A stretch of DNA of 64,000 nt from the human T2T-CHM13v2.0 reference genome, Homo sapiens (GCF_009914755.1 NC_060931.1); one strand, 5' to 3'; counted from the stretch's first letter, positions 13,491 through 33,184 are shown. A program made the numbers and translations. Notes: a model not told the origin generated them from the sequence alone.

Positions 13491-14127
13491 CATCCCGTCA
13501 TTTCAGACAGTTAACTCCTGCACATTCTCCACCCTTAAAATCTCACTTCCGTAGAAGTGATGGGATGAAGAAATCTGCACTCTTGCCTGTTCTTCCTACT
13601 AGTTTCTTATCAACATTCTTAGTCTATACTGAGTCCACTTACCAAAAACCAAGAGCTGCTTCCAAGACTTCCTTCATCTCTGCTTTCAGTTTCTCACTGT
13701 GATTCTATTCCCAGCTCACCTATCTGCTGACTCCTCAGTCTCCCCCACAATCCTTTCTCTCACAAGGATTTAATCACTTATTTGCATGTTCATCAAACAT
13801 TTAGGCATCACGGGGCTTTGTGTAGCCTGAGATGTATCAGGCGAATGCCATGCCCTTGAGAGGTTCACAGTCCCGGGAATAAGGAAGAGATGAAATAAGG
13901 AAGACATGATAATGAAAATTATCAATAGTGTGGTAAGAGCTGTAAACGTGAGAAGCCCAGATAATGAAAATTATCAATAGTGTGATAAGAGCTGTAAACG
14001 TGGGAAGCCCAGGAGTCCTGGGAGCAGAGGAGGAGCTCTGGCTGGGGATTCCCAGAAGGTCCCCTAGAGAAGTGAGATTTTAAGGGTGGAGAGTGTGCAG
14101 GAGTTAACTGGCTGAAATGATGGGATG
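13491..14127. repeat. 59-bp inverted repeat (arms 13491-13549, 14069-14127)
   Basis: 56/59 identical in reverse complement; peptide QLTPAHSPPLKSHF appears in ORFs on opposite strands. Confidence 0.95.
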
Positions 14128-14570
14128 AGGGGAATGCATTAATTCCCAAAGCAATTCATGCATGTGGGATGGGAGGCTGGGGAGATAAGGACAGTTAATA
14201 TCTGGACACTTGAACTCCATGGAAAGAGATTGCACACGAAGGAGGCCTTGAACTACACTCTAGACCATGAGACCCACCAGAGAACTCCTTAGCAGGGAGC
14301 AATTTTCTCTTTCAGTTTTTGGGCTCTGGTTTGGAAGCTGGATTGGAGGGGCTAAGACTGGATGTGGGTCCGAACATCTAGCGAGGGAAGGAACATAAGC
14401 CAAGGTGCAAATTTTCAGCAGATCAAGGGAAAAGGACGCCAAGAGAAGGTACTGACTGAGAGGGCTGATTGGATGGTTGGATCAGTGGGGACTTGGAGGT
14501 CTGTTGGAAGTGGCTGGGGGTAAACACAATGGCAGGATCTTCAGTGTCTCTGAACTTGTATTGGTGCTGT
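13770..14570 (-). mobile_element. L2 fragment
   Basis: ttcatcaaacattta start and purine-rich antisense L2 composition. Confidence 0.55.
13908..14011. repeat. 52-bp tandem duplication
   Basis: gataatgaaaattatcaatagtgtg... x2, 2 substitutions. Confidence 0.95.
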
Positions 14571-14593
14571 ACATCTTAGAAGGCTCTGGGATA

Positions 14594-15103
14594 CAAAGGA
14601 TTATAAATCATTCTACTGTAAAGACACATGCACACGTATGTTTATTGCAGCACTGTTCACAATAGCAAAGACTTGGAACCAACCCAAATGCCCATCAATG
14701 ATAGACTGGATAAAGAAAATGTGGCACATACACACCACGGAATACTATGCAGCCATAAAAAAGGATGAGTTTATGTCTTTTGCAGGGACATGAACGAAGC
14801 TGGAAACCATTATTCGCAGCAAATTAACACAAGAACAGAAAACCAAACACTGCCTGTTCTCACTCATAAGTGGGAGTTGAACAATGAGAACACGTGGACA
14901 CAGGGAGGGGAACATCACACACTGGGGCCTGTCGGGGGATGGGGGGCTAGGGGAGGGATAGCATTAGGACAAATACCTAATGTAGACGACAGGTTGATAG
15001 GTGCAGCAAACCACCATGGCACGTGTATACCTATGTAACAAACCTGCACGTTCTGCACATGTACTCCAGAACTTAAAGTAAAATAATAATAATAATAATA
15101 AAA
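14594..15103 (+). mobile_element. L1PA 3' end, 5'-truncated
   Basis: ORF2 end plus 3'UTR, (AAT)n tail, 16-bp TSD agaaggctc(tg/ca)ggata. Confidence 0.95.
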
Positions 15104-15593
15104 AGAAGGCTCCAGGATAGCCACAGTTACTGCCACATCAAGTTCTTTTACAGACCCCGTTCTACATTTGGGAACCACCTTCCTCCTCCCATCTCATCAT
15201 CAATGAAGCTCGTACTCAGCCCCTTCCTTAGGCAAGGCAACCTTCGCGTTTGGCCAGTCTCTGAACTTCTCCCAACACTCCTCAACGTGACCATGTCCTT
15301 TCTCTTATTCTACAGCTCACCACCCACACAAATATTGATCCTTGGTATGGTTAATATTGCTATTTATATTAACAATGGAATTTGTTCACCAAAAAATAAT
15401 TAGCACAAGAAATCTGCGTATTATTAGGGGCCTCATTAATTTCACCAAGTTTATTTAAATGACAGCAGAATGTCAGGTCAATAATGATGACTAATTAATA
15501 AGCACATCTGAATACCTTCAAGCACATTGAAGAAGTGGCTTGTAGGGCTGTAGCCAGGAGGATAGATGGTTTCTGGTAAGCAGAGGTGATACC

Positions 15594-15737
15594 TCCTCTC
15601 TCTTTCTCTCTCTTTCTTTCTTTCTTTTTTTTTTTTTTTTTTTGAGATAGGGTCTCCCTCTGTTGCCCAGGCTAGAGTGCAATGGTACAATCATAGCTCA
15701 TTGCAACCTCGACCTCCTGAGCTCAAGTGATTCTCCC
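15594..15737 (-). mobile_element. AluJ 3' fragment with tail
   Basis: Right-arm part only. Confidence 0.9.
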
Positions 15738-16384
15738 AAATATCCCTTTGCTTGCTTTGTTCAGCAGGGACACAGCCATGTGAGCCTCTCCATGGCACCT
15801 GAGTCTTCCCTTTTTGGTTCTCTGCATGTTTAAGCTGTAGTTAGGAAGCCCGGGGAACCTGTAATCACCTATGGTAGGTGATTTCATTCTTTAATCTCCT
15901 CCACGCTCCCCACTTGGAAACAGCGCAATACTTTAGGGAGCTCATATCATCAGGATGTTTAGGCAGAGTCCTCTGGCTTCAAACAGAACGGATTGTCCTG
16001 TGCACACAGCCCCGAGCCATGGCAGAGGGAGCAAGTGGGAAGCGCCATCTATAAAGAAGCAGAGGATCTCAGAGAGTCCCCTCCTCTCAGAGCCAAGAGG
16101 GAGGGGAGCGGGATCTGAAAGCCGCTCAGGCAAGCCACCAGGAGGAAATGCTAACATTGTTTCTAGTCAAGCTTATGTGTTTTGCTTTGTTGTGTTTTGT
16201 TGTAGGGGAAATGGTTCTTTCAGATATTTTAAACTGATTGCTTGGAAAAGCCAAGCGCAATATTTTGCCAAGACTGAGAAACCCTCAGGGGCTTGTTTAG
16301 GAGTAAGTTAGAGCCAGAGTCAACCTTTCCTGAGGGGCTTCGTCTATGCGTCAGGAGCTGTGCTGGTGATGCCTCAGGGAAAAC

Positions 16385-16710
16385 TTGGAAATCGAGAATG
16401 CCCCCATTTTAAAGGTGGGTAAACTGAGACTCAGGCATGCATCTCCTTGGGCATATCCAGGACTAGTAAGGGGCAGGGGGCAATAGTAAGACCCAGAGGG
16501 TACCCTGGCGGGGCTGGGGACTGCTGACCTATGCATTTATTATAGCCCCTCATTGCTCTGTTTCTGCATCTGCCCTCGCCCCACCAGAAGGTAAGCTGTC
16601 TAAAAATCAGGAGCATGTCTTGCTCCTTTCTGGAACCCTGATGCTTAAATGCAATCCTTGGTATACAGCAGGGACTCACTCAATGTTTGCTGATTGAATG
16701 AGAGAATGAT
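16385..16710. mobile_element. MIR (-) followed by L2 3' end (+)
   Basis: cccattttaaaggtgggtaaactgagactcag; ctcaatgtttgctgattgaatga. Confidence 0.6.
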
Positions 16711-16842
16711 GACCACAGAAGTCCAAAGATGCAGATGTGCACTTAGAACAAGAGCCCAGAGGGGAGCCACACAGAAAGACCAGCAAGGACCAGCCCAGCA
16801 CACCACTGGCGGGTGTGGGTGCAGCAGCCCTCATCCTCACTG

Positions 16843-17898
<1,056 letters not shown>

Positions 17899-18810
17899 TC
17901 TGGGCAGCTCCCGGGACCTTGCGTTCTGCACCAAAGTCTGTGCTCTTCTCATGATAAAGCTACTCCCTGTTTTGTGCCTGACATGAGCAGCCACGTTCAG
18001 CGGAAATGCTCCAAAGCCGACTCTGGAAGATGTAGAGAAATGCATTTGATACAGAAATGAGGTCGACACAAGTTTCTCTGGAGCCAGGTGTGTGAGTCGT
18101 TCCTTCCTTCCTAGCAAAGTTTCCCACCTGGAACGCAGAAAGAGCATGTCAGTAATGTTCTCCATCCACAAAGCTAACGGAAGGAGGCTTGTTAGTGCTA
18201 GGGATGCTGGCATATCCTGGGAGACCACCCATTTCTATGCTGAGGATGCTGCATCAGGGCACCACTGAAGCTGCTCCAAGGGCCAGAGCAATCAGGGATT
18301 CTACGTAAATTGGGGAGAGCATCATGCTCCCTGGCTCTGGGTACCATCTTTTCACCGGAGACTTTAGTAGTAACAGGATTGAGCTGTTATGTTCCTCTGA
18401 GTTCTTCGGGAAACCACCTCGTAGGCTTCTGTCTCCAGTTGCTCTCTTTTTCCATAGGGTTCAGACATTAGCCTGTGGGTCTGGGCAGGAAGAACAGATA
18501 ACGAGCTGTTTATATCCCTGTCCTCCTTTCCCTACATACTGTCCCAGACACCTCACTCATGCATAAACCTTCTACACATGCAAATCTGTATGAGGCGATA
18601 CCTGCCTTGCACCATTCCCTACAACCTCATCGCCTGCACTCAGACACGCCCCTGGCTGAGGTTCCTTTGGGCATGGCAGATCTGTACTTACCCGTGGGAG
18701 GAACTAAGGGGCAGATGGAGTTTGATATCTGAGTACAGTGATAGCCAGTGGCATAACAAACAGGGCAGTGGGAGTGTCTACCTTGGATGAAAGCAATAAG
18801 GGAATTCATC

Positions 18811-19139
18811 AACCAAGCTTAGTGGCTCACATCTGGAATCCCAGCACTTTGTGACGCTGAGGCAGGAGGACTGCTTGAGGCCAGGAGTTCGAGACCAGCC
18901 CAGGCAACATAGTGAGATCTCATAGCCACACACACATACACACAGACACACACACACACACACACAAGATTTACAAATTAGCCAGCCACAGTGGCTCACA
19001 CCTATAGTCTCAGCTACTTGGGAGGCTGGGGCTGGAGGATCTCTTGAGACTAGGAGTTTGAGGCTGCAATGAGCTCTGATCGCCCCACTGCACTCCAGCT
19101 GGGCAACAGAGTGAGATCCTGTCGCACACAAAATAGAAA
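18811..19139 (+). mobile_element. AluJ with (CA)n in the linker
   Basis: J-type ggaggactgcttgaggccagg; CA repeat ~18927-18966. Confidence 0.95.
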
Positions 19140-19387
19140 TTTATTGTTCATTGTATCTAGATAATTTTAAAACAGCAATAAAATCGACCAGAAATTGGTC
19201 AACTTTTTATTATCATCTTATACCAGCAATTCTAATAAAATCGGTGATAAAATTGTTCTCCCTTCAAATCTCCTGTTCGTCTATGTTCTAGACAACTGTT
19301 TCACAGTAACTTCTGGTACTTGTGATATATAATATATATGTAAACTGCAAGTTAGCATTTATTATTATTTTGTTGAAGATTATCTTC

Positions 19388-19698
<311 letters not shown>

Positions 19699-19844
19699 AA
19701 GACTATCTTCTATATGGAACTCAAATTGGAGAACTCTTAGCTTTCTAGCTGGTCTCAACATGTATGGACTGCTTCTGAGGAAACATTCCTAATGTTTCAG
19801 AGTCATTTGAACTTGCTTCTGCTGAAGTTCCTATATCTAAACTA

Positions 19845-20288
<444 letters not shown>

Positions 20289-20621
20289 TTATATCAATTC
20301 TCTCATTCCACGTACTAACGAGTCTGCGAATTTAGCAGAATTGACTCATTCAGAAAAATTTTTCCGGGTTATTTTCCTGTTTTATCAAAAACATTTGCAT
20401 GTAACTAAGACATGATACATTTCTCTTTTCTTCTTTTTCACACTGTAATTTTTAAAGGTTTTTTACTGTATGATTAGTTCAATTTAAAAAATTTTTCACG
20501 ATCGGCATTTTTGTTCTTAATATTATGTTGACTTGTTTCATTTATTGATTTTTTACTGAAAACTATTTTGATATATACAGCAGGGGACTGGTGAGATATG
20601 GCTGCTTTGGGTGCCAATATG

Positions 20622-21305
<684 letters not shown>

Positions 21306-21407
21306 ATATCCTAGGGGTCTTTCAAGACAGCTGCAAACCTTGGCAGAGCTGGGTTGCAGGAAGAATGTCAGTCTTCACCCGGGATATTTGGGGGGCATTA
21401 CCCCAAA

Positions 21408-21511
21408 TGCCAGGTTTGGTGGCTCAGGTCTGTAATCCCAGCACTTTGGGAGGCCGAGGCAGGAGGATTGCTTGAGTCTAGGAGTTGGCTCGGTGTGGTG
21501 CCTCAGGCCTC
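21408..21511 (+). mobile_element. Alu 5' fragments
   Basis: ~80 bp of left arm, then a second Alu-start-like stub. Confidence 0.8.
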
Positions 21512-21711
21512 AAGTGGTTCTGCTGGCTCCTGACGGGTCTTAGGGCTTCTTCAGTCTGTTGTAAAAACATCAGACCTGGGTCTAGGTTAGGATTTAAGCG
21601 GGTGAATGAAGGAAGGAAGAATCATAGGAGGGAGAACAGTGTGTGAGCCCATGGTGCAGGGAGGAAAGTCAGCCTTATTCAGAGATGCATGCATCGTCTG
21701 GTTTAGCCACA

Positions 21712-22180
21712 GTCCTGGCTCTCAAGGTGACTTCAAGGCCCCCTATAGGCTCCCAAGACCCCTTTGGGGATCCATGAGGGTCTCTCTTTTCCACTTACAT
21801 ATCTGTGCGAGGCTGGATTTTCTATATATAACTTAACCAAAATAACGTTTTGTAGTAGATTGAAGGGAGGAGCAGGTTTGGAAATCCAGCTGTCTTCCAT
21901 TAAGCCAGACACAAGAGATTTGCAAAAAACATGTAAAACAATGCTGCTCCTCTCGCTCAGTTTTTGTTTGGGAAATATAGTTTGCTTTTAACAAATATGT
22001 TATTTATGTTATCGTGCAATGGGCTCATTGTTATTGAGTTAACAATATGTTTAAAATGTTGGTTTTAATCTATAATGCAATATCAATTAAAGTTATAACC
22101 CATATTGGTGAAAGCATTTTGGGGGTTCTCAATGGTTTTTAAAAGTGCAAAGCTCTCAAAAAATTTTGAGAAATTCTCAG
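21712..22180 (+). mobile_element. Charlie1-like internally deleted hAT transposon
   Basis: Encodes FPLTYLCEAGFS...QLSSIKPD (hAT dimerisation-domain motif); ends aattttgagaa. Confidence 0.8.
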
Positions 22181-22602
22181 CTAAAATACGGACTATGTGA
22201 AGTTCCGTAATGCAAGCCAGGGACACGTTGCATAAGGCTATGGGGCCAAGGTGATCTCGTACTTCTTTTTGTGGGCAGAAAGGGGCCAAGAAAAGGTTCC
22301 ATGCAAGGGAGTGATATAAAGGGAGCCGTGTTTCAGGAAAACATGAATCTGTTGGAGATTGTGGGTAGAGAGAAAAGCCAACGTCCTCTTGTAGTAAGAG
22401 AGGATGGAGGCAAAGGTGTCCAGTCGGAGAATACAGGGAAGGATGGGGAGGGAATCAGAACCTATGAGGAGACACATTCACTTGGGCAGGCCAGGGGCTG
22501 GGAGCTGACCTAACTGCATCCTTTAGCTAGTACATGGCTATAAGCTAAAGTTTAGAGTATTTCTGCAGTAGATCCTGGGAAACTGGTTTCCACGAAGAGT
22601 CA

Positions 22603-22954
<352 letters not shown>

Positions 22955-23727
22955 CTTTTGGGAAAGGGAAGCCAATAGGGATCAGGAAGCCTCCAGACCT
23001 GGGCATTAATGGAAGAATCCAAAGAACAGGGAAAAGATAGAAGTTCATGTATATTTCATGTCCACTGTGGCCAAACCTGTTGAAACTCCAAAAGAGCTGT
23101 CACTTTCACAGAAGACAGCAGAGTGATGGAGTCACACCGTTATCATGTGGCCAAGAGAAGATTCAAACCCCCACCTCTTTGTTGCCAAAGCTGAGATTTC
23201 TTGCTCTCTATGAAACCTTTCTGTCTCTTTTAAGGGAAGCTAACAGAATAGGAATGCAGAAACGGGGAACAAAGCTGACGTCTCCCTGAGTCCAGACGTG
23301 TACCCAGTTGCCTGCTTGACATTTCATCTGGTGTTGAATATATCTCCAACTCAACACGTCTGAAGGGAGGCTTGGAGCACCCCACATCCCACCTCCATCG
23401 CACTCTAGGGACATCCAAGTCCACTGGCCACTCACTCAATCCTCCCATCTCAGCAGTCATCACCACCATCCACCCAATTGCTCAAAGCCCAAACCCTCCT
23501 TTCCTCATCACCACACCCAAGTAACTGGCAGGTCCTGCATGTCTGTTTCCATACTGCAATTCCTTTGTGGGTGGTTGTCTCCCACGTGGCTGCCGCCATG
23601 CTGGCCGGAATCCCATCACGTTCCAGACAGTCTCCCGCGGTGGCCTCCTAATTGGTTTCTCTGTGTTCAGATCTGTTCCTCTTCCACCTATGACTCACAT
23701 AGAATGAGGCTCATAGAGTATAAATTA

Positions 23728-24171
<444 letters not shown>

Positions 24172-24298
24172 TCAGTCTCCCTCTTCTTCTGTCGCTAATC
24201 ACTTGCTCCAGCCACTTGGGCTTCCTTTGTGTGCCTTGAACATGCTGTCCTCTTTTCCATATACACATATTCAAATTTGTGATCTCTCTCTCTCTCTG

Positions 24299-24604
24299 TT
24301 TTTTTTTTTTTTTTTTTTTTTGAGATGGAGTCTCACTGTGTCACCCAGGCTGGACTGCAGTGGCATGATCTTGGCTCACTGTAACCTCTGCCTCCCAGGT
24401 TCAAGCAATTCTCCCACCTTAGCCTCCTGAGTAGCTGGGACTACAGGTGCAGGCTGCCACATCCAGCTATTTTTTTTGTATTTTAGTAGAGACGGGGTTT
24501 CACTGTGTTGGCCAGGCTGGTCTCGAACTCCTGAGCTCAGGCAATCTGCCTGCCTCGGCCTCCCAGAGAGTTAGGATTACAGGTGTGAGCCACTACGCCC
24601 GGCC
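24299..24604 (-). mobile_element. AluS
   Basis: Full dimer with (TC)n TSD, inserted at the tail of the next Alu. Confidence 0.95.
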
Positions 24605-24611
24605 TCTCTCT

Positions 24612-24900
24612 CTTTTTTAGAGACAAGCTGTGGCTCTGTCATCCAGGCTGGAGTGCAGTGGAGCGATCATATTTTACTGTAGCCTCGAACTCCTGGGCTC
24701 AAGTGATCCTTCTGCCTCAGCCCCCTGAGTAGCTGGGACTACAGGTGCACACCACCATGCCAGGCTAATTTTTATTATTTTTGTAGAGATAGGGCCTCAC
24801 TATGTTGCCCAGGCTAGTCTCTAACTCCTGGTCTTGAGCGATCCTCTTGCCTCGGCCTTCCAAAGCACTGGAATTATGGGTGTGAGCCACTGCACCTAAC
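24612..24900 (-). mobile_element. AluJ
   Basis: J-type cctcgaactcctgggctcaag. Confidence 0.9.
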
Positions 24901-24905
24901 TGTCA

Positions 24906-25206
<301 letters not shown>

Positions 25207-25289
25207 GCCATTTTATTTTTTAGTGGCTACTTCTTTTCCTCATCTTAGGTCTCAGCTCAGATGTTACTTCCTCTGACCTCCGTCCCTAA

Positions 25290-25774
<485 letters not shown>

Positions 25775-26413
25775 GAATTATTTCTTTATCTATGCATTGT
25801 CTGTATCCCACCCCAGGTAGAATGTGCGTTCCCTGAAGGTAAAGACTTTGTCACAGCTCTAGTGCCTTGAATGATGCCTGGCTCATAGCAGGCCCTCAAG
25901 AAATATTTGTGGAAGGAATGAAGAAAGGAATAAAGAAAAGGCAACTAGCTAGTCCTGAGTTCCCCAGGGAGACATGGCTAGGTCCTGGCCACAGAAGAGG
26001 ACACCAAAGGTGTTGGGGGACAACTTGGGAAGCCAGGCTTTGAGGGTCATTCTGCCGGGAGTAGGGGGCCTTGGGCTGCTGGCAGGTTCTCCCTGGGCAC
26101 TTTTCACTGGGTCTGGGAACTTGGAGAGAGTGGGGTCTGCCGCATGGTCCCCGGTGGCTCAGCTCAGAAACACTGGGAGATAGAAGACAGGCCGCCAAGT
26201 GCCATCAGCACCATTTCCTGGAGCTCTTCAGCTCTTGGGCCTGGTGTTCACTCCAGCAGACAGCTTGGCAGCAGTGTTCTTTCTTCCTGCATTCTGTTTG
26301 CTCCCCAAGAGGCCCCTCTAATTTTTAGCTCCAGAGCAGAGTGGAGAAAAATACCTCCTGACAAAGATTCCCTGGGATCCGATGTCTGCTCTATCTCCTG
26401 CTCCTAGCTGCTG

Positions 26414-26818
<405 letters not shown>

Positions 26819-26976
26819 TCCTGCTCCTAGCTTCTGAAAGAGCTTTCCTCTAAAGCACGTTCAGTCACCCCCAACACAGCAAAGTGCCTGCAAGGAACAA
26901 CAGGTTGACCAAAGGAAACACTTCCTCAAAGAAAAGCACCATCAAGCAATTCTTCCAAGATCTTTCTTAGAAAAAA

Positions 26977-27297
<321 letters not shown>

Positions 27298-28269
27298 CCG
27301 AGATCCTTTGAGGATGGACAGTCATCTTGGGGAGACTGAGATCAATAATCTGGATGTCCTTCTCAATTTGAAAAAGAAAGGATGCTATGAATTATCACAC
27401 ATCTGTGGTCTGGTGACAACTGAATTTAACAAAGATCACAAAAGGATGGTGTGACCTCTAAAAGGGCTCAAGCTATTTCTTGCCCCAGTACCTTCATCCT
27501 GCAGAGCTTGTCTGTCCTTCCAGGTGTGAGACCTTTGCCACCGTTCACAGGTAAGTGTGGGGAAGAGTCCTGGTTCCTGGGAAGCACAGGAGAGAGCAAC
27601 ATTTAGGTATTTATGTCTCCTATCCCCGGCTTTGCTCTGGCCCTGTTCTTCCTTGTCCTTCAGTATCTGCAAAGAGCCCAGTTAATGAGCAGCTGAACCT
27701 GTCCTTACCAGCCTGAGTGGAAGTTTCCTTCTGCCTAAGGCAATTTCACCTGCTGTGCTCTCTTCACTGCGGCCCAGGTAGAAGCAGGAGCAAGTCGGAA
27801 AAGTTTAATTGGGCCCCAAATGTGATTAACCAAGAGTCTCTGGCATATGTTCTGCTCATGTTTAGCATGCCACAAATTCTAGCATTACCCGGTGGGTCCT
27901 AAAAACCATTCTGCTTTTAATGTTCCTTGCCTAGTTTACTCAAGTTGGAATTTAAATCAAAGGGTAACATCTACACTGGGGATAACTTGATCGTTTATCT
28001 TAATATAACGGCTAATAAATGTCATGTTTTAAAGGAGCTTTTTAAAAACAATGGTTTTAACAACGTTATACACGTTTAAGGGAATCTGGTAGGCAGTTGA
28101 CTGAATCTGGTACACTGTAATTTTAGGCATGATAAAAAAATAGAACAGGAAGAACAAGAGAGACAAGGCTCAAAGTTATTGAACTTGAGCCAAAACAGAT
28201 ATTGGGATGTTCATGGTGATGAAAATGGAACATCCCACACCCTCCTACTCAGCTCACAATATACCTTGA

Positions 28270-28628
<359 letters not shown>

Positions 28629-28967
28629 TAAGCTGAACTTGGTACAGAATAAGGTTCGCACTCAGATTTTGCAATACATCTCTGGAGAGTTTATGTTAGG
28701 AAGGCCAAGTGGGGCACACCTGGATTTCAGGATTGATTAGCCGCCCTCTCTGTGAGAACAAAGGGTGATCTGACACCCAGTCTCCCTCCTGGTGCACTGA
28801 GTCTGACCCCCAGGAGAAAGGGTTTGAGATTCATGCCGGAAATGATCCAACTATTAACAGAGGGAGGAAATGAGTATACTTCTGATGTGCTGTACAATGT
28901 TCAATACTGATTTTTGATTCAACAAGACTGATTAAAATGATCTATTCCAATCAGTTGCCAAACGTAC

Positions 28968-29055
28968 CTGATCTCGAATGCCTGACCTCAGTTGATCCTC
29001 CCTCCTCAGCCTCCCAAACTGCTGGGATTACAGGCGTAAGCCATCGCACTTGGCC
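28968..29055 (-). mobile_element. Orphan AluS 5' end
   Basis: ctgatctcgaa...cttggcc followed by TSD tgctggcctccttta. Confidence 0.9.
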
Positions 29056-29548
29056 TGCTGGCCTCCTTTAAATCTGAAAAAAATCTAAGGCAGGCTCAGG
29101 GGACTTTTATAGAATCAACATTTCTGGTGTAGTGCTTGGGACAAAACCCTTTTGGATTCTGTTCTTGATCATTCGTGAGACTTCAGCAGCCAGTTTAGGG
29201 GAAGTGGCCCATGAAGGGAGCCTGTGGTGTTAGTGGCTTTCCCTGCCTGTGCTCTGATGTGATCTGTATGTAACTTTAGATGGTCCCTCAGCCTTATAGG
29301 GCTTCATGTTCGCCACCTGTGAAATGAGGGATTCGGACAAGAGAGTCTCTGCAATAATTTCTGGCTCTGTGATTTGATTCCAAATGTTTTGTATCACTTT
29401 GAATCCATGGATGGATTTGTTGAGTGTCTACTATGCGCTTAGCTCCACGCTGGATTCTACAATGCATTCTAGTCCACAGATATTGATTGACAGGCATTAG
29501 GCTAGGTGCTGTGAATCCAAAGAGATAAAATAGGGTCCCTTCCCTCTA

Positions 29549-29970
<422 letters not shown>

Positions 29971-30235
29971 TCAGAACTTCTACTTCTAGGTGGAATAGAA
30001 TAGCTGGTGACAAAACATAGTCCTGCCTGGAACAACTAGAAATCCAGATAAGATATGGAAACCATCTGTTTGAAGGCAGCAGAGATCTGTCTAGCTAAGG
30101 AGAACGAGACAGGTCAGGACAAGAAGAGAGAAGAATAATGGAGTTGAAGAGCTGAACAGGCTTTTGCAAATGCTACTTCCTGAGTGCTTGCACTTTTGCA
30201 TGGGCCGAGGGTGTAACCCTGTGCAAAACCCATAC

Positions 30236-30950
<715 letters not shown>

Positions 30951-31200
30951 CACACAGAGTCTAGCAGAGAACCCTTTTTTGGGGGGTGGGAAAGGGGTGG
31001 ACCGAGGTAGCTGAGCTTTGAAAAGGAATTGGGGGCCTCAAATACTCAGCCAGTTTTCGTCTCAGGAAATTTACCAAATATTGGGACTTTGCAGGGTGGG
31101 AGACTAAAATCCCAAGCAGAAAGCCTCTGAAAATCACATTGGAGTTTTTGGCAGACTTGGGAGACAAAGATTAGTTTGGCACCAGCTGAGAGTTGGGGTC

Positions 31201-32198
<998 letters not shown>

Positions 32199-32723
32199 AG
32201 GTCCCCACAGAATAAACCAGTCTCTTATTAGAGAACTCAGTGTTGAGCTACAAACACACAGAATGTTACCAGGGCTGCAACCCATCCTTGCACGATGCAA
32301 TGGAGATGTTCAGCTAGCGGGGATAAGGATGTTCAGGAGGCATGTATGATGAGTGACAGGCCCAAACTTCTTTGGGGAGTGCCTGTTTACTTGGAGCATT
32401 TTGCAGGAGAAATCTTCCAGGTTGCACTTTTCATAATAATAGGGCTAAGACATTTCTGCACAATTTTCCAGAACCTCTCCTACCACTTCAGGCTCATTGT
32501 GGGCACTTAACCCATGTACATGTCCTTTGTTCCAAGCAGATCTTGGCTATTCACAGGGAGGGGATGCCTTCTCGTCTTTCCACCTTGTGAACTCCAGCTC
32601 ACAACTCATTTGCTCACGACTCATCCAGCCCCAACTCAATTACCATCACTTCTCTGTAGAATTTTCTGGTACTCCAACCTTAATTTATTTACTTTTTCCT
32701 GTACTTACCCCTTACCTTTTGTA

Positions 32724-33001
32724 CTTTTCTTTTCCCTCCCTTTCCCTCCTCCTTCCCTTTCCTTTCCCTTCCCTCTCCCTTCCCTCCCCTCCCCTTTCTT
32801 CTCCCTCCACTTCCCTCCCTTCCCCTCCCCTCCCCTCCCTTCCCTTCCCCTTCCCTCCCCTCCATTCCTTTCCCCTCCCCTCCCTCTCCTCCCTTCCCTT
32901 CCTCTTCCCTCCCCTACCTTCCTTTCCCCTCCCCTCCATTCCCCTCCCCTCCTTTACCCTCCCCTCCCTTCTCCTCCCCTCCTCTCCTTTCCTTTCCTTT
33001 T
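32724..33001. repeat. C/T-rich low-complexity tract (G-rich on the - strand)
   Basis: ~280 bp almost purely pyrimidine. Confidence 0.95.
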
Positions 33002-33153
33002 AGTAGGGATAGGTTCTTGCTCATTTGCCCATGCTAGAGTACAGTGGCGCCATCATAGCTCACTGCAGCCACGAACTTCTGGGCTCAAGTGATCCTCCCA
33101 CCTAAGCCTCCCGAAGCACTGGGATTAGAGGTGTGAGCCACCGTACCCAGCCT
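33002..33153 (-). mobile_element. Alu monomer (FRAM/FAM-like)
   Basis: Single arm adjoining the pyrimidine tract. Confidence 0.85.
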
Positions 33154-33184
33154 ATATGTGGTATTTTTTTGTCTCCAGACTGCA

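Noticed and set aside
28840-28890. Possible C/D-box snoRNA (atgatcc...ctga)
   Set aside because: C box does not match RUGAUGA and there is no terminal stem.
32497-33092. Pro/Ser/Leu-rich and Gly/Arg/Glu-rich ORFs
   Set aside because: Translations of the C/T low-complexity tract.
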